Assembly (NCBI RefSeq): GCF_051903065.1
Contig: NZ_CP178438.1
Length of the DNA: 64,000 nucleotides
Source of the DNA: Escherichia coli
GTDB lineage: Bacteria > Pseudomonadota > Gammaproteobacteria > Enterobacterales > Enterobacteriaceae
Reading direction: 5' to 3' (one strand)
A program made the position numbers and the translations under genes. The notes beneath the pieces were generated by a model. That model made no database searches. It was not told the DNA's origin and saw only the letters and a program-made list of their open reading frames with translations. Shown one piece after another: positions 33,373-47,124 of this stretch. The stretch's first letter is position 1, and every line of letters starts with the position of its first letter.

Positions 33373-35489
33373 CGCAGGAAACGATGGATTATCACGCGCT
33401 GAATGCGATGCTTAACCTCTACGATAGCGCAGGTCGCATTCAGTTCGATAAAGACCGCCAGGCCGTTGACGCCTTTATTGCGACGCATGTGCGTCCGAAC
33501 AGTGTGACCTTCAGTAGCCAGCAGCAGCGCCTGAACTGGCTGGTCAACGAAGGTTACTATGATGAAAGCGTTCTTAATCGCTACTCTCGCGACTTTGTCA
33601 TTACGCTGTTTGCCCACGCACACACCAGCGGTTTTCGTTTCCAGACATTCCTCGGGGCATGGAAGTTTTACACCAGCTATACGTTGAAGACATTCGACGG
33701 TAAACGTTATCTGGAAGATTTTGCCGATCGAGTCACGATGGTGGCGCTGACGCTGGCACAAGGCGATGAGACGCTGGCGTTGCAACTGACAGATGAAATG
33801 CTGTCAGGACGCTTTCAGCCAGCCACGCCAACATTCCTCAACTGCGGTAAGCAGCAGCGCGGCGAACTGGTTTCCTGTTTTTTGCTGCGTATTGAAGACA
33901 ATATGGAGTCGATTGGTCGGGCGGTAAATTCCGCACTGCAACTGTCGAAACGCGGCGGCGGCGTAGCATTTTTGCTGTCGAATCTGCGAGAAGCGGGCGC
34001 GCCAATTAAACGTATTGAAAATCAATCGTCTGGCGTGATTCCGGTGATGAAAATGCTGGAAGACGCATTTTCCTATGCCAACCAGCTCGGCGCGCGTCAG
34101 GGGGCTGGGGCAGTCTATTTACATGCTCATCATCCCGATATTCTGCGTTTTCTCGATACAAAACGGGAAAATGCCGACGAAAAAATCCGGATTAAAACAC
34201 TGTCGCTGGGCGTGGTGATCCCGGATATCACTTTCCATCTGGCAAAAGAGAATGCGCAGATGGCGCTGTTTTCGCCTTATGACGTAGAGCGAGTTTATGG
34301 CAAACCGTTTGCCGATATCGCCATTAGCGAACACTATGACGAACTGGTTGCCGATGAACGCATTCGCAAAAAATACCTCAACGCCCGTGATTTCTTCCAG
34401 CGACTGGCAGAAATCCAGTTTGAGTCCGGCTATCCCTACATCATGTATGAAGACACGGTAAACCGTGCTAACCCTGTCGCCGGGCGCATAAATATGAGTA
34501 ATCTCTGCTCAGAAATTTTGCAGGTTAACAGCGCCTCAGAGTATGACGAGAATCTCGACTATGCCCGCACAGGCCATGATATTTCCTGCAATTTAGGTTC
34601 GTTGAATATTGCGCACACCATGGATTCCCCCGATTTTGCCCGCACGGTAGAGACTGCCGTGCGCGGTTTAACGGCAGTATCAGATATGAGTCATATCCGC
34701 AGCGTGCCGTCCATCGAAGCCGGAAATGCCGCCTCGCACGCCATCGGACTGGGGCAGATGAATTTACATGGTTATCTGGCGAGGGAAGGCATCGCTTATG
34801 GTTCGCCGGAAGCACTGGATTTCACCAATCTCTATTTCTATACCATCACCTGGCACGCACTGCGTACCTCGATGTTGCTGGCGCGCGAACGCGGTGAAAC
34901 CTTCGCCGGGTTCAAACAGTCACGCTATGCCAGCGGTGAATATTTTAGCCAATATCTGCAAGGTAACTGGCAGCCGAAAACCGCGAAAGTTGGCGGACTG
35001 TTTGCCCGTAGCGGTATTACGTTACCTACCCGTGAGATGTGGGCGCAGCTGCGCGACGACGTGATACGCTATGGCATATACAACCAGAATCTTCAGGCGG
35101 TGCCGCCAACCGGTTCTATCTCTTATATCAACCATGCCACGTCGAGTATTCATCCGATTGTGGCGAAAGTAGAGATACGCAAAGAGGGCAAAACAGGACG
35201 CGTTTACTACCCTGCCCCATTTATGACTAACGAAAATCTGGCGCTGTATCAGGACGCTTACGAAATCGGCGCAGAAAAGATCATCGACACCTACGCGGAA
35301 GCGACTCGCCATGTCGATCAGGGGCTGTCGCTGACGCTGTTTTTCCCCGATACCGCCACCACTCGCGATATCAACAAAGCGCAGATTTACGCCTGGCGCA
35401 AAGGTATCAAAACGCTCTATTACATCCGCCTGCGTCAGATGGCGCTGGAAGGCACTGAAATTGAAGGCTGCGTCTCCTGTGCACTTTAA
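33345..35489 (+). CDS. nrdE: Class Ib ribonucleotide reductase alpha subunit
   Basis: 714 aa. Confidence 0.95.
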
Positions 35490-36458
<969 letters not shown>

Positions 36459-36813
36459 GGGTGTTATTTTCAAAAATATCACTACCCGCGACAGGGAAAT
36501 AATTCCCGCCAAATAGCTTTTTATCACGCAAATATTTTGTGGTGATCTACACTGATACTCTGTTGCATTATTCGCCTGAAACCACAATATTCAGGCGTTT
36601 TTTCGCTATCTTTGACAAAAAATATCAACTTTTCTCGATTTGCTCTCAGCCCTTATATCACGGGAAATTCCGGCGATTTGCTCACATCAATATTCATGCC
36701 ACATTTGCCCTCAGGGGTTGCCTCAGATTCTCAGTATGTTAGGGTAGAAAAAAGTGACTATTTCCATTGGGTAATGTATCGACATAAACAAATAACAGGA
36801 ATCTTTCTATTGC

Positions 36814-38016
36814 ATGGCAATTAAATTAGAAATTAAAAATCTTTATAAAATATTTGGTGAGCATCCACAGCGAGCTTTCAAATATATCGAACAAGGACTT
36901 TCAAAAGAACAAATTCTGGAAAAAACTGGGCTATCGCTTGGCGTAAAAGACGCCAGTCTGGCCATTGAAGAAGGCGAGATATTTGTCATCATGGGATTAT
37001 CCGGTTCGGGTAAATCCACAATGGTACGCCTTCTCAATCGCCTGATTGAACCCACCCGCGGGCAAGTACTGATTGATGGTGTGGATATTGCCAAAATATC
37101 CGACGCCGAACTCCGTGAGGTGCGCAGAAAAAAGATTGCGATGGTCTTCCAGTCCTTTGCCTTAATGCCGCATATGACCGTGCTGGACAATACTGCGTTT
37201 GGTATGGAATTGGCCGGAATTAATGCCGAAGAACGCCGGGAAAAAGCCATTGATGCACTGCGTCAGGTCGGGCTGGAAAATTATGCCCACAGCTACCCGG
37301 ATGAACTCTCTGGCGGGATGCGTCAACGTGTGGGATTAGCCCGCGCGTTAGCGATTAATCCGGATATTTTATTAATGGATGAAGCCTTCTCGGCGCTCGA
37401 TCCATTAATTCGCACCGAGATGCAGGATGAGCTGGTAAAATTACAGGCGAAACATCAGCGCACCATTGTCTTTATTTCCCACGATCTCGATGAAGCCATG
37501 CGTATTGGCGACCGAATTGCCATTATGCAAAATGGTGAAGTGGTACAGGTCGGCACACCGGATGAAATTCTCAATAATCCGGCGAATGATTATGTCCGTA
37601 CCTTCTTCCGTGGCGTTGATATTAGTCAGGTATTCAGTGCGAAAGATATTGCCCGCCGGACACCGAATGGCTTAATTCGTAAAACCCCTGGCTTCGGCCC
37701 ACGTTCGGCACTGAAATTATTGCAGGATGAAGATCGCGAATATGGCTACGTTATCGAACGCGGTAATAAGTTTGTCGGCGCAGTCTCCATCGATTCGCTT
37801 AAAACCGCGTTAACGCAGCAGCAAGGTCTTGATGCGGCGCTGATTGATGCGCCGTTAGCAGTCGATGCACAAACGCCTCTTAGCGAGTTGCTCTCTCATG
37901 TCGGACAGGCACCCTGTGCGGTGCCCGTGGTCGACGAGGACCAACAGTATGTCGGCATCATTTCGAAAGGAATGCTGCTGCGCGCTTTAGATCGTGAGGG
38001 GGTAAATAATGGCTGA
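36814..38016 (+). CDS. proV: Glycine betaine/proline ABC transporter ATPase
   Basis: 400 aa; Walker [10 protein letters not shown]; C-terminal CBS domains. Confidence 0.95.
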   Translation: MAIKLEIKNLYKIFGEHPQRAFKYIEQGLSKEQILEKTGLSLGVKDASLAIEEGEIFVIMGLSGSGKSTMVRLLNRLIEPTRGQVLIDGVDIAKISDAELREVRRKKIAMVFQSFALMPHMTVLDNTAFGMELAGINAEERREKAIDALRQVGLENYAHSYPDELSGGMRQRVGLARALAINPDILLMDEAFSALDPLIRTEMQDELVKLQAKHQRTIVFISHDLDEAMRIGDRIAIMQNGEVVQVGTPDEILNNPANDYVRTFFRGVDISQVFSAKDIARRTPNGLIRKTPGFGPRSALKLLQDEDREYGYVIERGNKFVGAVSIDSLKTALTQQQGLDAALIDAPLAVDAQTPLSELLSHVGQAPCAVPVVDEDQQYVGIISKGMLLRALDREGVNNG

Positions 38017-39073
38017 TCAAAATAATCCGTGGGATACCACGCCAGCGGCGGACAGTGCCGCACAATCCGCAGACGCCTGGGGTACACCGGCGACTGCACC
38101 GACTGACGGCGGTGGTGCTGACTGGCTGACCAGTACGCCTGCGCCAAACGTCGAGCATTTTAATATTCTCGATCCGTTCCATAAAACGCTGATCCCGCTC
38201 GACAGTTGGGTCACTGAAGGGATCGACTGGGTCGTTACCCATTTCCGTCCCGTCTTCCAGGGCGTGCGCGTTCCGGTTGATTATATCCTCAACGGTTTCC
38301 AGCAATTGCTGCTGGGTATGCCCGCACCGGTGGCGATTATCGTTTTCGCTCTCATCGCCTGGCAGATTTCCGGGGTCGGAATGGGTGTGGCGACGCTGGT
38401 TTCGCTGATTGCCATCGGCGCAATCGGTGCCTGGTCGCAGGCAATGGTTACTCTGGCGCTGGTGTTAACCGCCCTGCTGTTCTGTATCGTCATCGGTTTG
38501 CCGTTGGGGATATGGCTGGCGAGAAGTCCGCGAGCGGCGAAAATTATTCGTCCACTGCTTGATGCCATGCAGACCACGCCAGCGTTTGTTTATCTGGTGC
38601 CAATCGTCATGCTATTTGGTATCGGTAACGTGCCGGGCGTGGTGGTGACGATCATCTTTGCTCTGCCGCCGATTATCCGTCTGACCATTCTGGGGATTAA
38701 CCAGGTTCCGGCGGATCTGATTGAAGCCTCGCGCTCATTCGGTGCCAGCCCGCGCCAGATGCTGTTCAAAGTTCAGTTACCGCTGGCGATGCCGACCATT
38801 ATGGCGGGCGTTAACCAGACGCTGATGCTGGCCCTTTCTATGGTGGTCATCGCCTCGATGATTGCCGTCGGCGGGCTGGGTCAGATGGTACTTCGCGGTA
38901 TCGGTCGTCTGGATATGGGGCTTGCCACCGTTGGCGGCGTCGGGATTGTGATCCTCGCCATTATCCTCGATCGCCTGACGCAGGCCGTTGGGCGCGACTC
39001 ACGCAGTCGCGGCAACCGTCGCTGGTACACCACTGGCCCTGTCGGTCTGCTGACCCGCCCATTCATTAAGTAA
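38009..39073 (+). CDS. proW: Glycine betaine/proline ABC transporter permease
   Basis: 354 aa. Confidence 0.95.
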   Translation: MADQNNPWDTTPAADSAAQSADAWGTPATAPTDGGGADWLTSTPAPNVEHFNILDPFHKTLIPLDSWVTEGIDWVVTHFRPVFQGVRVPVDYILNGFQQLLLGMPAPVAIIVFALIAWQISGVGMGVATLVSLIAIGAIGAWSQAMVTLALVLTALLFCIVIGLPLGIWLARSPRAAKIIRPLLDAMQTTPAFVYLVPIVMLFGIGNVPGVVVTIIFALPPIIRLTILGINQVPADLIEASRSFGASPRQMLFKVQLPLAMPTIMAGVNQTLMLALSMVVIASMIAVGGLGQMVLRGIGRLDMGLATVGGVGIVILAIILDRLTQAVGRDSRSRGNRRWYTTGPVGLLTRPFIK

Positions 39074-39129
39074 CTCTGCACTTGCCCGGTGACACCGGGC
39101 ATATCACCCTGCCAAAAAAAGGAATAACA

Positions 39130-40122
39130 ATGCGACATAGCGTTCTTTTTGCGACAGCGTTTGCCACGCTTATCTCTACACAAACTTTTGCTGCCGATCT
39201 GCCGGGCAAAGGCATTACTGTTAATCCAGTTCAGAGCACCATCACCGAAGAAACCTTCCAGACACTGCTGGTCAGTCGTGCGCTGGAGAAATTAGGTTAT
39301 ACCGTCACTAAACCCAGCGAAGTGGATTACAACGTTGGCTACACCTCGCTTGCTTCCGGCGATGCAACCTTCACCGCCGTGAACTGGACGCCACTGCATG
39401 ACAACATGTACGAAGCTGCCGGTGGCGATAAGAAATTTTATCGTGAAGGGGTATTTGTTAACGGCGCGGCACAGGGTTACCTGATCGATAAGAAAACCGC
39501 CGACCAGTACAAAATCACCAACATCGCACAACTGAAAGATCCGAAGATCGCCAAACTGTTCGATACCAACGGCGACGGTAAAGCGGATTTAACCGGTTGT
39601 AACCCAGGCTGGGGCTGCGAAGGTGCGATCAACCACCAGCTTGCCGCGTATGAACTGACCAACACCGTGACGCATAATCAGGGGAACTACGCAGCGATGA
39701 TGGCCGACACCATCAGTCGCTACAAAGAGGGCAAACCGGTGTTTTACTACACCTGGACGCCGTACTGGGTGAGTAATGAGCTGAAGCCAGGGAAAGATGT
39801 GGTCTGGTTGCAGGTGCCGTTCTCTGCACTGCCGGGCGATAAAAATGCCGATACCAAACTGCCGAATGGCGCGAATTACGGCTTCCCGGTCAGCACCATG
39901 CATATCGTTGCCAATAAAGCCTGGGCCGAGAAAAACCCGGCAGCAGCGAAACTGTTTGCCATTATGCAGTTGCCAGTGGCAGATATTAACGCCCAGAACG
40001 CCATTATGCATGACGGCAAAGCCTCAGAAGGCGATATTCAGGGCCACGTTGATGGCTGGATCAAAGCCCACCAGCAGCAGTTCGATGGCTGGGTGAATGA
40101 GGCGTTGGCAGCGCAGAAGTAA
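39130..40122 (+). CDS. proX: Glycine betaine/proline periplasmic binding protein
   Basis: 330 aa from [21 protein letters not shown] signal peptide. Confidence 0.95.
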   Translation: MRHSVLFATAFATLISTQTFAADLPGKGITVNPVQSTITEETFQTLLVSRALEKLGYTVTKPSEVDYNVGYTSLASGDATFTAVNWTPLHDNMYEAAGGDKKFYREGVFVNGAAQGYLIDKKTADQYKITNIAQLKDPKIAKLFDTNGDGKADLTGCNPGWGCEGAINHQLAAYELTNTVTHNQGNYAAMMADTISRYKEGKPVFYYTWTPYWVSNELKPGKDVVWLQVPFSALPGDKNADTKLPNGANYGFPVSTMHIVANKAWAEKNPAAAKLFAIMQLPVADINAQNAIMHDGKASEGDIQGHVDGWIKAHQQQFDGWVNEALAAQK

Positions 40123-40124
40123 TT

Positions 40125-40215
40125 TTTATTCGGGCGGATAAGGCGTTTTCGCCGCATCCGCCGCTCTGTACACAATGCCTGATGCGACGCTGGCGCGTCT
40201 TATCATGCCTACAAA
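40125..40215. repeat. REP element downstream of proX
   Basis: gcggataaggcgttttcgccgcatccgcc / gcctgatgcgacgctggcgcgtcttatcatgcctac palindromic units. Confidence 0.75.
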
Positions 40216-40313
40216 CCACACCGCACATTTCAACAATCTATCTTTCATCCCATATTCATCAACATCCGCTATTATTGATTTCCAGCTTAATCATCACCTG
40301 ATGAACAAAAATA

Positions 40314-41498
40314 ATGACCAAACCTAATCATGAGCTTAGCCCGGCGCTAATCGTGCTGATGTCTATCGCCACCGGTCTGGCGGTCGCCAGCAACTATTAC
40401 GCCCAGCCATTGCTCGACACCATCGCGCGTAACTTTTCCCTTTCCGCCAGTTCGGCAGGCTTTATTGTTACCGCCGCGCAGTTGGGCTATGCCGCCGGTC
40501 TGCTGTTTCTTGTTCCTCTGGGTGACATGTTTGAACGTCGCCGCCTGATTGTCTCAATGACCTTACTGGCGGCAGGTGGCATGTTAATTACTGCCAGCAG
40601 TCAGTCGCTGGCGATGATGATCCTCGGTACGGCATTAACCGGTTTGTTCTCGGTCGTGGCACAAATTCTGGTTCCGCTGGCAGCAACGTTGGCATCACCA
40701 GACAAACGCGGCAAAGTGGTTGGCACCATTATGAGCGGTCTGCTGCTGGGGATCTTACTCGCACGGACCGTTGCCGGATTGCTGGCGAACCTCGGCGGCT
40801 GGCGCACCGTCTTTTGGGTCGCTTCGGTATTAATGGCACTGATGGCGCTGGCGTTATGGCGTGGTCTGCCACAAATGAAATCAGAAACCCACCTCAACTA
40901 CCCACAGTTGTTAGGTTCCGTTTTCAGCATGTTTATCAGCGATAAGATCCTGCGCACCCGCGCATTGCTGGGCTGCCTGACTTTTGCCAACTTCAGCATT
41001 CTCTGGACCTCGATGGCCTTTTTGCTTGCCGCTCCACCTTTTAACTACAGCGATGGCGTAATTGGTCTGTTTGGACTTGCGGGGGCTGCCGGAGCGTTGG
41101 GCGCTCGTCCGGCGGGCGGTTTTGCCGACAAGGGCAAATCGCACCACACCACAACTTTCGGTCTGCTGCTGCTGTTACTTTCATGGCTGGCAATCTGGTT
41201 TGGTCACACTTCCGTACTGGCGTTGATTATCGGCATTCTGGTGCTGGACCTCACCGTACAGGGCGTGCATATCACTAACCAGACGGTAATTTATCGAATA
41301 CATCCTGATGCGCGTAATCGCCTGACCGCAGGTTACATGACCAGCTACTTTATTGGCGGTGCCGCCGGTTCGCTAATTTCAGCCTCAGCCTGGCAACATG
41401 GCGGTTGGGCTGGCGTTTGTCTGGCTGGCGCGACGATTGCCCTGGTTAACTTACTGGTCTGGTGGCGAGGTTTTCATCGTCAGGAAGCCGCAAATTAA
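40314..41498 (+). CDS. ygaY: MFS transporter YgaY (intact here)
   Basis: 394-aa uninterrupted ORF with multiple TM helices. Confidence 0.85.
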   Translation: MTKPNHELSPALIVLMSIATGLAVASNYYAQPLLDTIARNFSLSASSAGFIVTAAQLGYAAGLLFLVPLGDMFERRRLIVSMTLLAAGGMLITASSQSLAMMILGTALTGLFSVVAQILVPLAATLASPDKRGKVVGTIMSGLLLGILLARTVAGLLANLGGWRTVFWVASVLMALMALALWRGLPQMKSETHLNYPQLLGSVFSMFISDKILRTRALLGCLTFANFSILWTSMAFLLAAPPFNYSDGVIGLFGLAGAAGALGARPAGGFADKGKSHHTTTFGLLLLLLSWLAIWFGHTSVLALIIGILVLDLTVQGVHITNQTVIYRIHPDARNRLTAGYMTSYFIGGAAGSLISASAWQHGGWAGVCLAGATIALVNLLVWWRGFHRQEAAN

Positions 41499-41621
41499 GC
41501 AATCAGCAACCGTTTTCGTGGCTTTACACTTATAAGGGTGTTAAGAAGCCCATCAGTCTGATAAGGTTAAGATATTCATTCAGTCTATTTATAATATTAA
41601 CAATCGTTAAGCGTACACTCT

Positions 41622-42359
41622 ATGGAAAGCCCTACTACACAGCCTGCTCCTGGTTCGGCGACCTTCATGGAAGGATGCAAAGACAGTTTACCGATTGTTA
41701 TTAGTTATATTCCGGTGGCCTTTGCGTTCGGTCTGAATGCGACCCGTCTGGGATTCTCTCCTCTCGAAAGCGTTTTTTTCTCCTGCATCATTTATGCAGG
41801 CGCGAGCCAGTTCGTCATTACCGCGATGCTGGCAGCCGGGAGTAGTTTGTGGGTTGCTGCACTGACCGTCATGGCAATGGATGTTCGCCATGTGTTGTAT
41901 GGCCCGTCACTGCGTAGCCGTATTATTCAGCGTCTGCAAAAATCGAAAACCGCCCTGTGGGCGTTTGGCCTGACGGATGAGGTTTTTGCCGCCGCAACCG
42001 CAAAACTGGTACGCAATAATCGCCGCTGGAGCGAGAACTGGATGATCGGCATTGCCTTCAGTTCATGGTCATCGTGGGTATTTGGTACGGTAATAGGGGC
42101 ATTCTCCGGCAGCGGCTTGCTGCAAGGTTATCCCGCCGTTGAAGCAGCATTAGGTTTTATGCTTCCGGCACTCTTTATGAGTTTCCTGCTCGCCTCTTTC
42201 CAGCGCAAACAATCTCTTTGCGTTACCGCAGCGTTAGTTGGTGCCCTTGCAGGCGTAACGCTATTTTCTATTCCCGTCGCCATTCTGGCAGGCATTGTCT
42301 GTGGCTGCCTCACTGCGTTAATACAGGCATTCTGGCAAGGAGCGCCCGATGAGCTATGA
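41622..42359 (+). CDS. ygaZ: AzlC-family L-valine exporter subunit
   Basis: 245 aa. Confidence 0.9.
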   Translation: MESPTTQPAPGSATFMEGCKDSLPIVISYIPVAFAFGLNATRLGFSPLESVFFSCIIYAGASQFVITAMLAAGSSLWVAALTVMAMDVRHVLYGPSLRSRIIQRLQKSKTALWAFGLTDEVFAAATAKLVRNNRRWSENWMIGIAFSSWSSWVFGTVIGAFSGSGLLQGYPAVEAALGFMLPALFMSFLLASFQRKQSLCVTAALVGALAGVTLFSIPVAILAGIVCGCLTALIQAFWQGAPDEL

Positions 42360-42684
42360 GGTTCTGCTGCTTGGGTTACTGGTTGGCGCGGCGAATTATT
42401 GCTTCCGCTATTTGCCGCTGCGCCTGCGTGTGGGTAATGCCCGCCCAACCAAACGTGGCGCGGTAGGTATTTTGCTCGACACCATTGGCATCGCCTCGAT
42501 ATGCGCTCTGCTGGTTGTCTCTACCGCACCAGAAGTGATGCACGATACACGCCGTTTCGTGCCCACGCTGGTCGGCTTCGCGGTACTGGGTGCCAGTTTC
42601 TATAAAACACGCAGCATTATCATCCCAACACTGCTTAGTGCGCTGGCCTATGGGCTCGCCTGGAAAGTGATGGCGATTATATAA
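42349..42684 (+). CDS. ygaH: AzlD-family L-valine exporter subunit
   Basis: 111 aa. Confidence 0.9.
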   Translation: MSYEVLLLGLLVGAANYCFRYLPLRLRVGNARPTKRGAVGILLDTIGIASICALLVVSTAPEVMHDTRRFVPTLVGFAVLGASFYKTRSIIIPTLLSALAYGLAWKVMAII

Positions 42685-42774
42685 CCCACAAGAATCATTT
42701 TTCTAAAACAATACATTTACTTTATTTGTCACTGTTGTTACTATATCGGCTGAAATTAATGAGGTCATACCCAA

Positions 42775-43305
42775 ATGGATAGTTCGTTTACGCCCATTGA
42801 ACAAATGCTAAAATTTCGCGCCAGCCGCCACGAAGATTTTCCTTATCAGGAGATCCTTCTGACTCGTCTTTGCATGCACATGCAAAGCAAGCTGCTGGAG
42901 AACCGCAATAAAATGCTGAAGGCTCAGGGGATTAACGAGACGTTGTTTATGGCGTTGATTACGCTGGAGTCTCAGGAAAACCACAGTATTCAGCCTTCTG
43001 AATTAAGTTGTGCTCTTGGATCATCCCGTACCAACGCGACGCGTATTGCCGATGAACTGGAAAAACGCGGTTGGATCGAACGTCGTGAAAGCGATAACGA
43101 TCGCCGCTGCCTGCATCTGCAATTAACGGAAAAAGGTCACGAGTTTTTGCGCGAGGTTTTACCACCGCAGCATAACTGCCTGCATCAACTCTGGTCCGCG
43201 CTCAGCACAACAGAAAAAGATCAGCTCGAGCAAATCACCCGCAAATTGCTCTCCCGTCTCGACCAGATGGAACAAGACGGTGTGGTTCTCGAAGCGATGA
43301 GCTAA
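42775..43305 (+). CDS. mprA: MarR-family repressor MprA/EmrR
   Basis: 176 aa. Confidence 0.95.
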
Positions 43306-43431
43306 CGCGTCATCTCGCTCAAAAATCCAGATTTATAAAAGAAAAAATGACTGGCCAGCATCGCAACATGCTGGCCTTTTTGGCAAGCAGGTCGGCTCAG
43401 CCGATGAGTTAAGAAGATCGTGGAGAACAAT

Positions 43432-44604
43432 ATGAGCGCAAATGCGGAGACTCAAACCCCGCAGCAACCGGTAAAGAAGAGCGGCAAACGTAAGCGTCTG
43501 CTCCTCCTTCTCACCTTGCTCTTTATAATTATTGCCGTAGCGATAGGGATTTATTGGTTTTTAGTACTGCGTCATTTCGAAGAAACCGATGACGCATACG
43601 TGGCAGGGAATCAAATTCAAATTATGTCTCAGGTGTCTGGCAGCGTGACGAAAGTCTGGGCCGATAACACCGATTTTGTAAAAGAAGGCGACGTGCTGGT
43701 CACTCTCGACCCGACAGATGCTCGCCAGACGTTTGAAAAAGCCAAAACTGCACTGGCTTCCAGCGTTCGCCAAACCCACCAGCTGATGATTAACAGCAAA
43801 CAGTTGCAGGCGAATATTGAGGTGCAAAAAATCGCCCTCGCGAAAGCACAAAGCGACTACAACCGCCGTGTGCCGCTGGGCAATGCCAACCTGATTGGTC
43901 GCGAAGAGCTGCAACACGCCCGCGACGCCGTTACCAGTGCCCAGGCGCAACTGGACGTCGCGATTCAACAATACAATGCCAATCAGGCGATGATTCTGGG
44001 GACTAAACTGGAAGATCAGCCTGCCGTGCAACAGGCTGCCACCGAAGTACGTAACGCCTGGCTGGCGCTGGAGCGTACTCGTATTGTCAGTCCGATGACC
44101 GGTTATGTCTCCCGCCGCGCGGTACAGCCTGGGGCGCAAATTAGCCCAACGACGCCGCTGATGGCGGTCGTTCCAGCCACCAATATGTGGGTGGATGCCA
44201 ACTTTAAAGAGACGCAGATTGCCAATATGCGTATCGGTCAGCCGGTCACTATCACCACCGATATTTACGGCGATGATGTGAAATACACCGGTAAAGTGGT
44301 TGGTCTGGATATGGGCACAGGTAGCGCGTTCTCACTGCTTCCGGCGCAAAATGCGACCGGTAACTGGATCAAAGTCGTTCAGCGTCTGCCTGTTCGTATC
44401 GAACTGGACCAAAAACAGCTGGAGCAATACCCGCTGCGTATCGGTTTATCCACGCTGGTGAGCGTCAATACCACTAACCGTGACGGTCAGGTACTGGCAA
44501 ATAAAGTACGTTCCACACCGGTAGCGGTAAGCACCGCGCGTGAAATCAGCCTGGCACCTGTCAATAAACTGATCGACGATATCGTAAAAGCTAACGCTGG
44601 CTAA
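43432..44604 (+). CDS. emrA: Multidrug efflux membrane fusion protein EmrA
   Basis: 390 aa from MSANAETQTPQQ. Confidence 0.95.
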   Translation: MSANAETQTPQQPVKKSGKRKRLLLLLTLLFIIIAVAIGIYWFLVLRHFEETDDAYVAGNQIQIMSQVSGSVTKVWADNTDFVKEGDVLVTLDPTDARQTFEKAKTALASSVRQTHQLMINSKQLQANIEVQKIALAKAQSDYNRRVPLGNANLIGREELQHARDAVTSAQAQLDVAIQQYNANQAMILGTKLEDQPAVQQAATEVRNAWLALERTRIVSPMTGYVSRRAVQPGAQISPTTPLMAVVPATNMWVDANFKETQIANMRIGQPVTITTDIYGDDVKYTGKVVGLDMGTGSAFSLLPAQNATGNWIKVVQRLPVRIELDQKQLEQYPLRIGLSTLVSVNTTNRDGQVLANKVRSTPVAVSTAREISLAPVNKLIDDIVKANAG

Positions 44605-44620
44605 TCCAGAGGTGCGTGTG

Positions 44621-46159
44621 ATGCAACAGCAAAAACCGCTGGAAGGCGCGCAACTGGTCATTATGACGATTGCGCTGTCACTGGCGACATTCATGCAGGT
44701 GCTGGACTCCACCATTGCTAACGTGGCGATCCCCACTATCGCCGGGAATCTGGGCTCATCGCTCAGCCAGGGAACGTGGGTAATCACTTCTTTCGGGGTG
44801 GCGAATGCCATCTCGATCCCGCTTACCGGCTGGCTGGCAAAGCGCGTCGGGGAAGTGAAACTGTTCCTCTGGTCCACCATCGCCTTTGCTATTGCGTCGT
44901 GGGCGTGTGGTGTCTCCAGCAGCCTAAATATGCTGATCTTCTTCCGCGTGATTCAGGGGATTGTCGCCGGGCCGTTGATCCCGCTTTCGCAAAGTCTATT
45001 GCTGAATAACTACCCGCCAGCCAAACGCTCAATCGCGCTGGCGTTGTGGTCGATGACGGTGATTGTCGCGCCAATTTGCGGCCCGATCCTCGGCGGCTAT
45101 ATCAGTGATAATTATCACTGGGGCTGGATATTCTTCATCAACGTGCCGATTGGCGTGGCGGTGGTGTTGATGACATTGCAGACGCTGCGCGGACGCGAAA
45201 CCCGCACCGAACGGCGGCGGATTGATGCCGTGGGGCTGGCACTGCTGGTTATTGGTATCGGCAGCCTGCAGATTATGCTCGACCGCGGTAAAGAGCTGGA
45301 CTGGTTTTCATCACAGGAAATTATCATCCTTACCGTGGTGGCGGTGGTGGCTATCTGCTTCCTGATTGTCTGGGAGCTGACCGACGATAACCCGATAGTC
45401 GATCTGTCGTTGTTTAAGTCGCGCAACTTCACCATCGGCTGCTTGTGTATCAGCCTCGCGTATATGCTCTACTTCGGCGCTATTGTTCTGCTGCCGCAGT
45501 TGTTGCAGGAGGTCTACGGTTACACGGCAACGTGGGCAGGTCTGGCCTCTGCGCCGGTAGGGATTATTCCGGTGATCCTGTCGCCGATTATCGGCCGCTT
45601 CGCGCATAAACTGGATATGCGCCGACTGGTAACCTTCAGCTTTATTATGTATGCCGTCTGCTTCTACTGGCGTGCCTATACCTTTGAACCGGGCATGGAT
45701 TTTGGCGCGTCGGCCTGGCCGCAGTTTATCCAGGGCTTCGCTGTGGCCTGCTTCTTTATGCCGCTGACCACCATTACGCTGTCTGGTTTGCCACCGGAAC
45801 GACTGGCGGCGGCATCAAGTCTCTCCAACTTTACGCGTACGCTGGCGGGGTCTATCGGCACGTCGATAACCACAACCATGTGGACCAACCGCGAGTCGAT
45901 GCACCATGCGCAGTTAACCGAGTCGGTAAACCCGTTCAACCCGAATGCCCAGGCGATGTACAGTCAACTGGAAGGGCTTGGGATGACGCAACAGCAGGCC
46001 TCCGGCTGGATTGCCCAGCAGATCACTAACCAGGGGCTGATTATTTCCGCCAATGAGATCTTCTGGATGTCAGCCGGGATATTCCTCGTCCTGCTGGGGC
46101 TGGTGTGGTTTGCTAAACCGCCATTTGGCGCAGGTGGCGGCGGAGGCGGTGCGCACTAA
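44621..46159 (+). CDS. emrB: Multidrug efflux MFS pump EmrB
   Basis: 512 aa from MQQQKPLEGAQL. Confidence 0.95.
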   Translation: MQQQKPLEGAQLVIMTIALSLATFMQVLDSTIANVAIPTIAGNLGSSLSQGTWVITSFGVANAISIPLTGWLAKRVGEVKLFLWSTIAFAIASWACGVSSSLNMLIFFRVIQGIVAGPLIPLSQSLLLNNYPPAKRSIALALWSMTVIVAPICGPILGGYISDNYHWGWIFFINVPIGVAVVLMTLQTLRGRETRTERRRIDAVGLALLVIGIGSLQIMLDRGKELDWFSSQEIIILTVVAVVAICFLIVWELTDDNPIVDLSLFKSRNFTIGCLCISLAYMLYFGAIVLLPQLLQEVYGYTATWAGLASAPVGIIPVILSPIIGRFAHKLDMRRLVTFSFIMYAVCFYWRAYTFEPGMDFGASAWPQFIQGFAVACFFMPLTTITLSGLPPERLAAASSLSNFTRTLAGSIGTSITTTMWTNRESMHHAQLTESVNPFNPNAQAMYSQLEGLGMTQQQASGWIAQQITNQGLIISANEIFWMSAGIFLVLLGLVWFAKPPFGAGGGGGGAH

Positions 46160-46166
46160 GGTTGTC

Positions 46167-46192
46167 AAAGGGAGCTTCGGCTCCCTTTTTAT
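46167..46192 (+). terminator. Rho-independent terminator after emrB
   Basis: gggagc-ttcg-gctccc followed by TTTTT. Confidence 0.8.
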
Positions 46193-46416
46193 TTGCTCAT
46201 TCTGCAAACGGTTGTTTTATCCACTCATTCGGTGTATCTTTTCGCCGCCCCAAACTCTTCCATTCACCATTAACCGGTTCTGAGCATTCGCTCAGGTTGT
46301 TAATTCTCTTTTTCCTTCGCCCTCGCTTTCGCGGGTGATACTCACATTTTCCGTTTAACCCCATAACTCGCACCCTCGCGGGCGTACGTTTATTACACAC
46401 AAAATAATGGATTATT

Positions 46417-47124
46417 ATGAATACCCAACTTAAATACGGGAGAACCTGGCATTATCCTTTCTCCCCCGGCACCACCAGCGATGACCGCATTAACGCCGAT
46501 TACTGGCAGGATTTACAGGCCATCACGCAATTGGTGCACACAGAAAAACTCGACGGCGAAAATAACTGCCTTAACCGCTACGGCGTGTTTGCCCGTTCCC
46601 ATGCTGCGCCTACGCAGTCGGCATGGACTTATAAAATTCGCCAGCGTTGGCAACTGCTGAAAAACGATCTCGGCGATCTGGAACTGTTTGGTGAAAATCT
46701 CTACGCCGTTCATTCCATTGAATACCGCGCACTGGAACAGGACTTTTACCTGTTTGCCGTTCGCTGCCAGGATATGTGGCTGAGCTGGGAAGAGGTGCAG
46801 TTTTACGCCGCTCTGTTTGATTTCCCCTTCGTTCCCGAAATCTCCGGTCCGCAGCCGGGGAATGATGAAAAAAGCTGGCAACGTGATTTTCTGGCACTGA
46901 CCAATGCGCGCGGCGCGTTCGATCCCTGGGATACACAAACCGGGCAACCCTGTACGCTGGAAGGCATTGTCAGCCGGAATCGTGATGCGTTTTCCGTCGC
47001 TGACTTTTCGCATAACGTCTTCAAGTATGTGCGCAAAAATCATGTCAAAACCACCGTGCACTGGAAACGACACTGGCAACGGGCGCGGATGGCCCATGAG
47101 TTCGCTTATGGAGAACAGTCATGA
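46417..47124 (+). CDS. ATP-dependent polynucleotide (RNA) ligase-like nucleotidyltransferase
   Basis: Motif I EKLDGEN (KxDG), motif IV-like LEGIVSR, motif V-like [10 protein letters not shown]. Confidence 0.65.
   Translation: MNTQLKYGRTWHYPFSPGTTSDDRINADYWQDLQAITQLVHTEKLDGENNCLNRYGVFARSHAAPTQSAWTYKIRQRWQLLKNDLGDLELFGENLYAVHSIEYRALEQDFYLFAVRCQDMWLSWEEVQFYAALFDFPFVPEISGPQPGNDEKSWQRDFLALTNARGAFDPWDTQTGQPCTLEGIVSRNRDAFSVADFSHNVFKYVRKNHVKTTVHWKRHWQRARMAHEFAYGEQS

Noticed and set aside
33105-33785. 226-aa minus-strand ORF
   Set aside because: Antisense to nrdI and nrdE, both confidently assigned.
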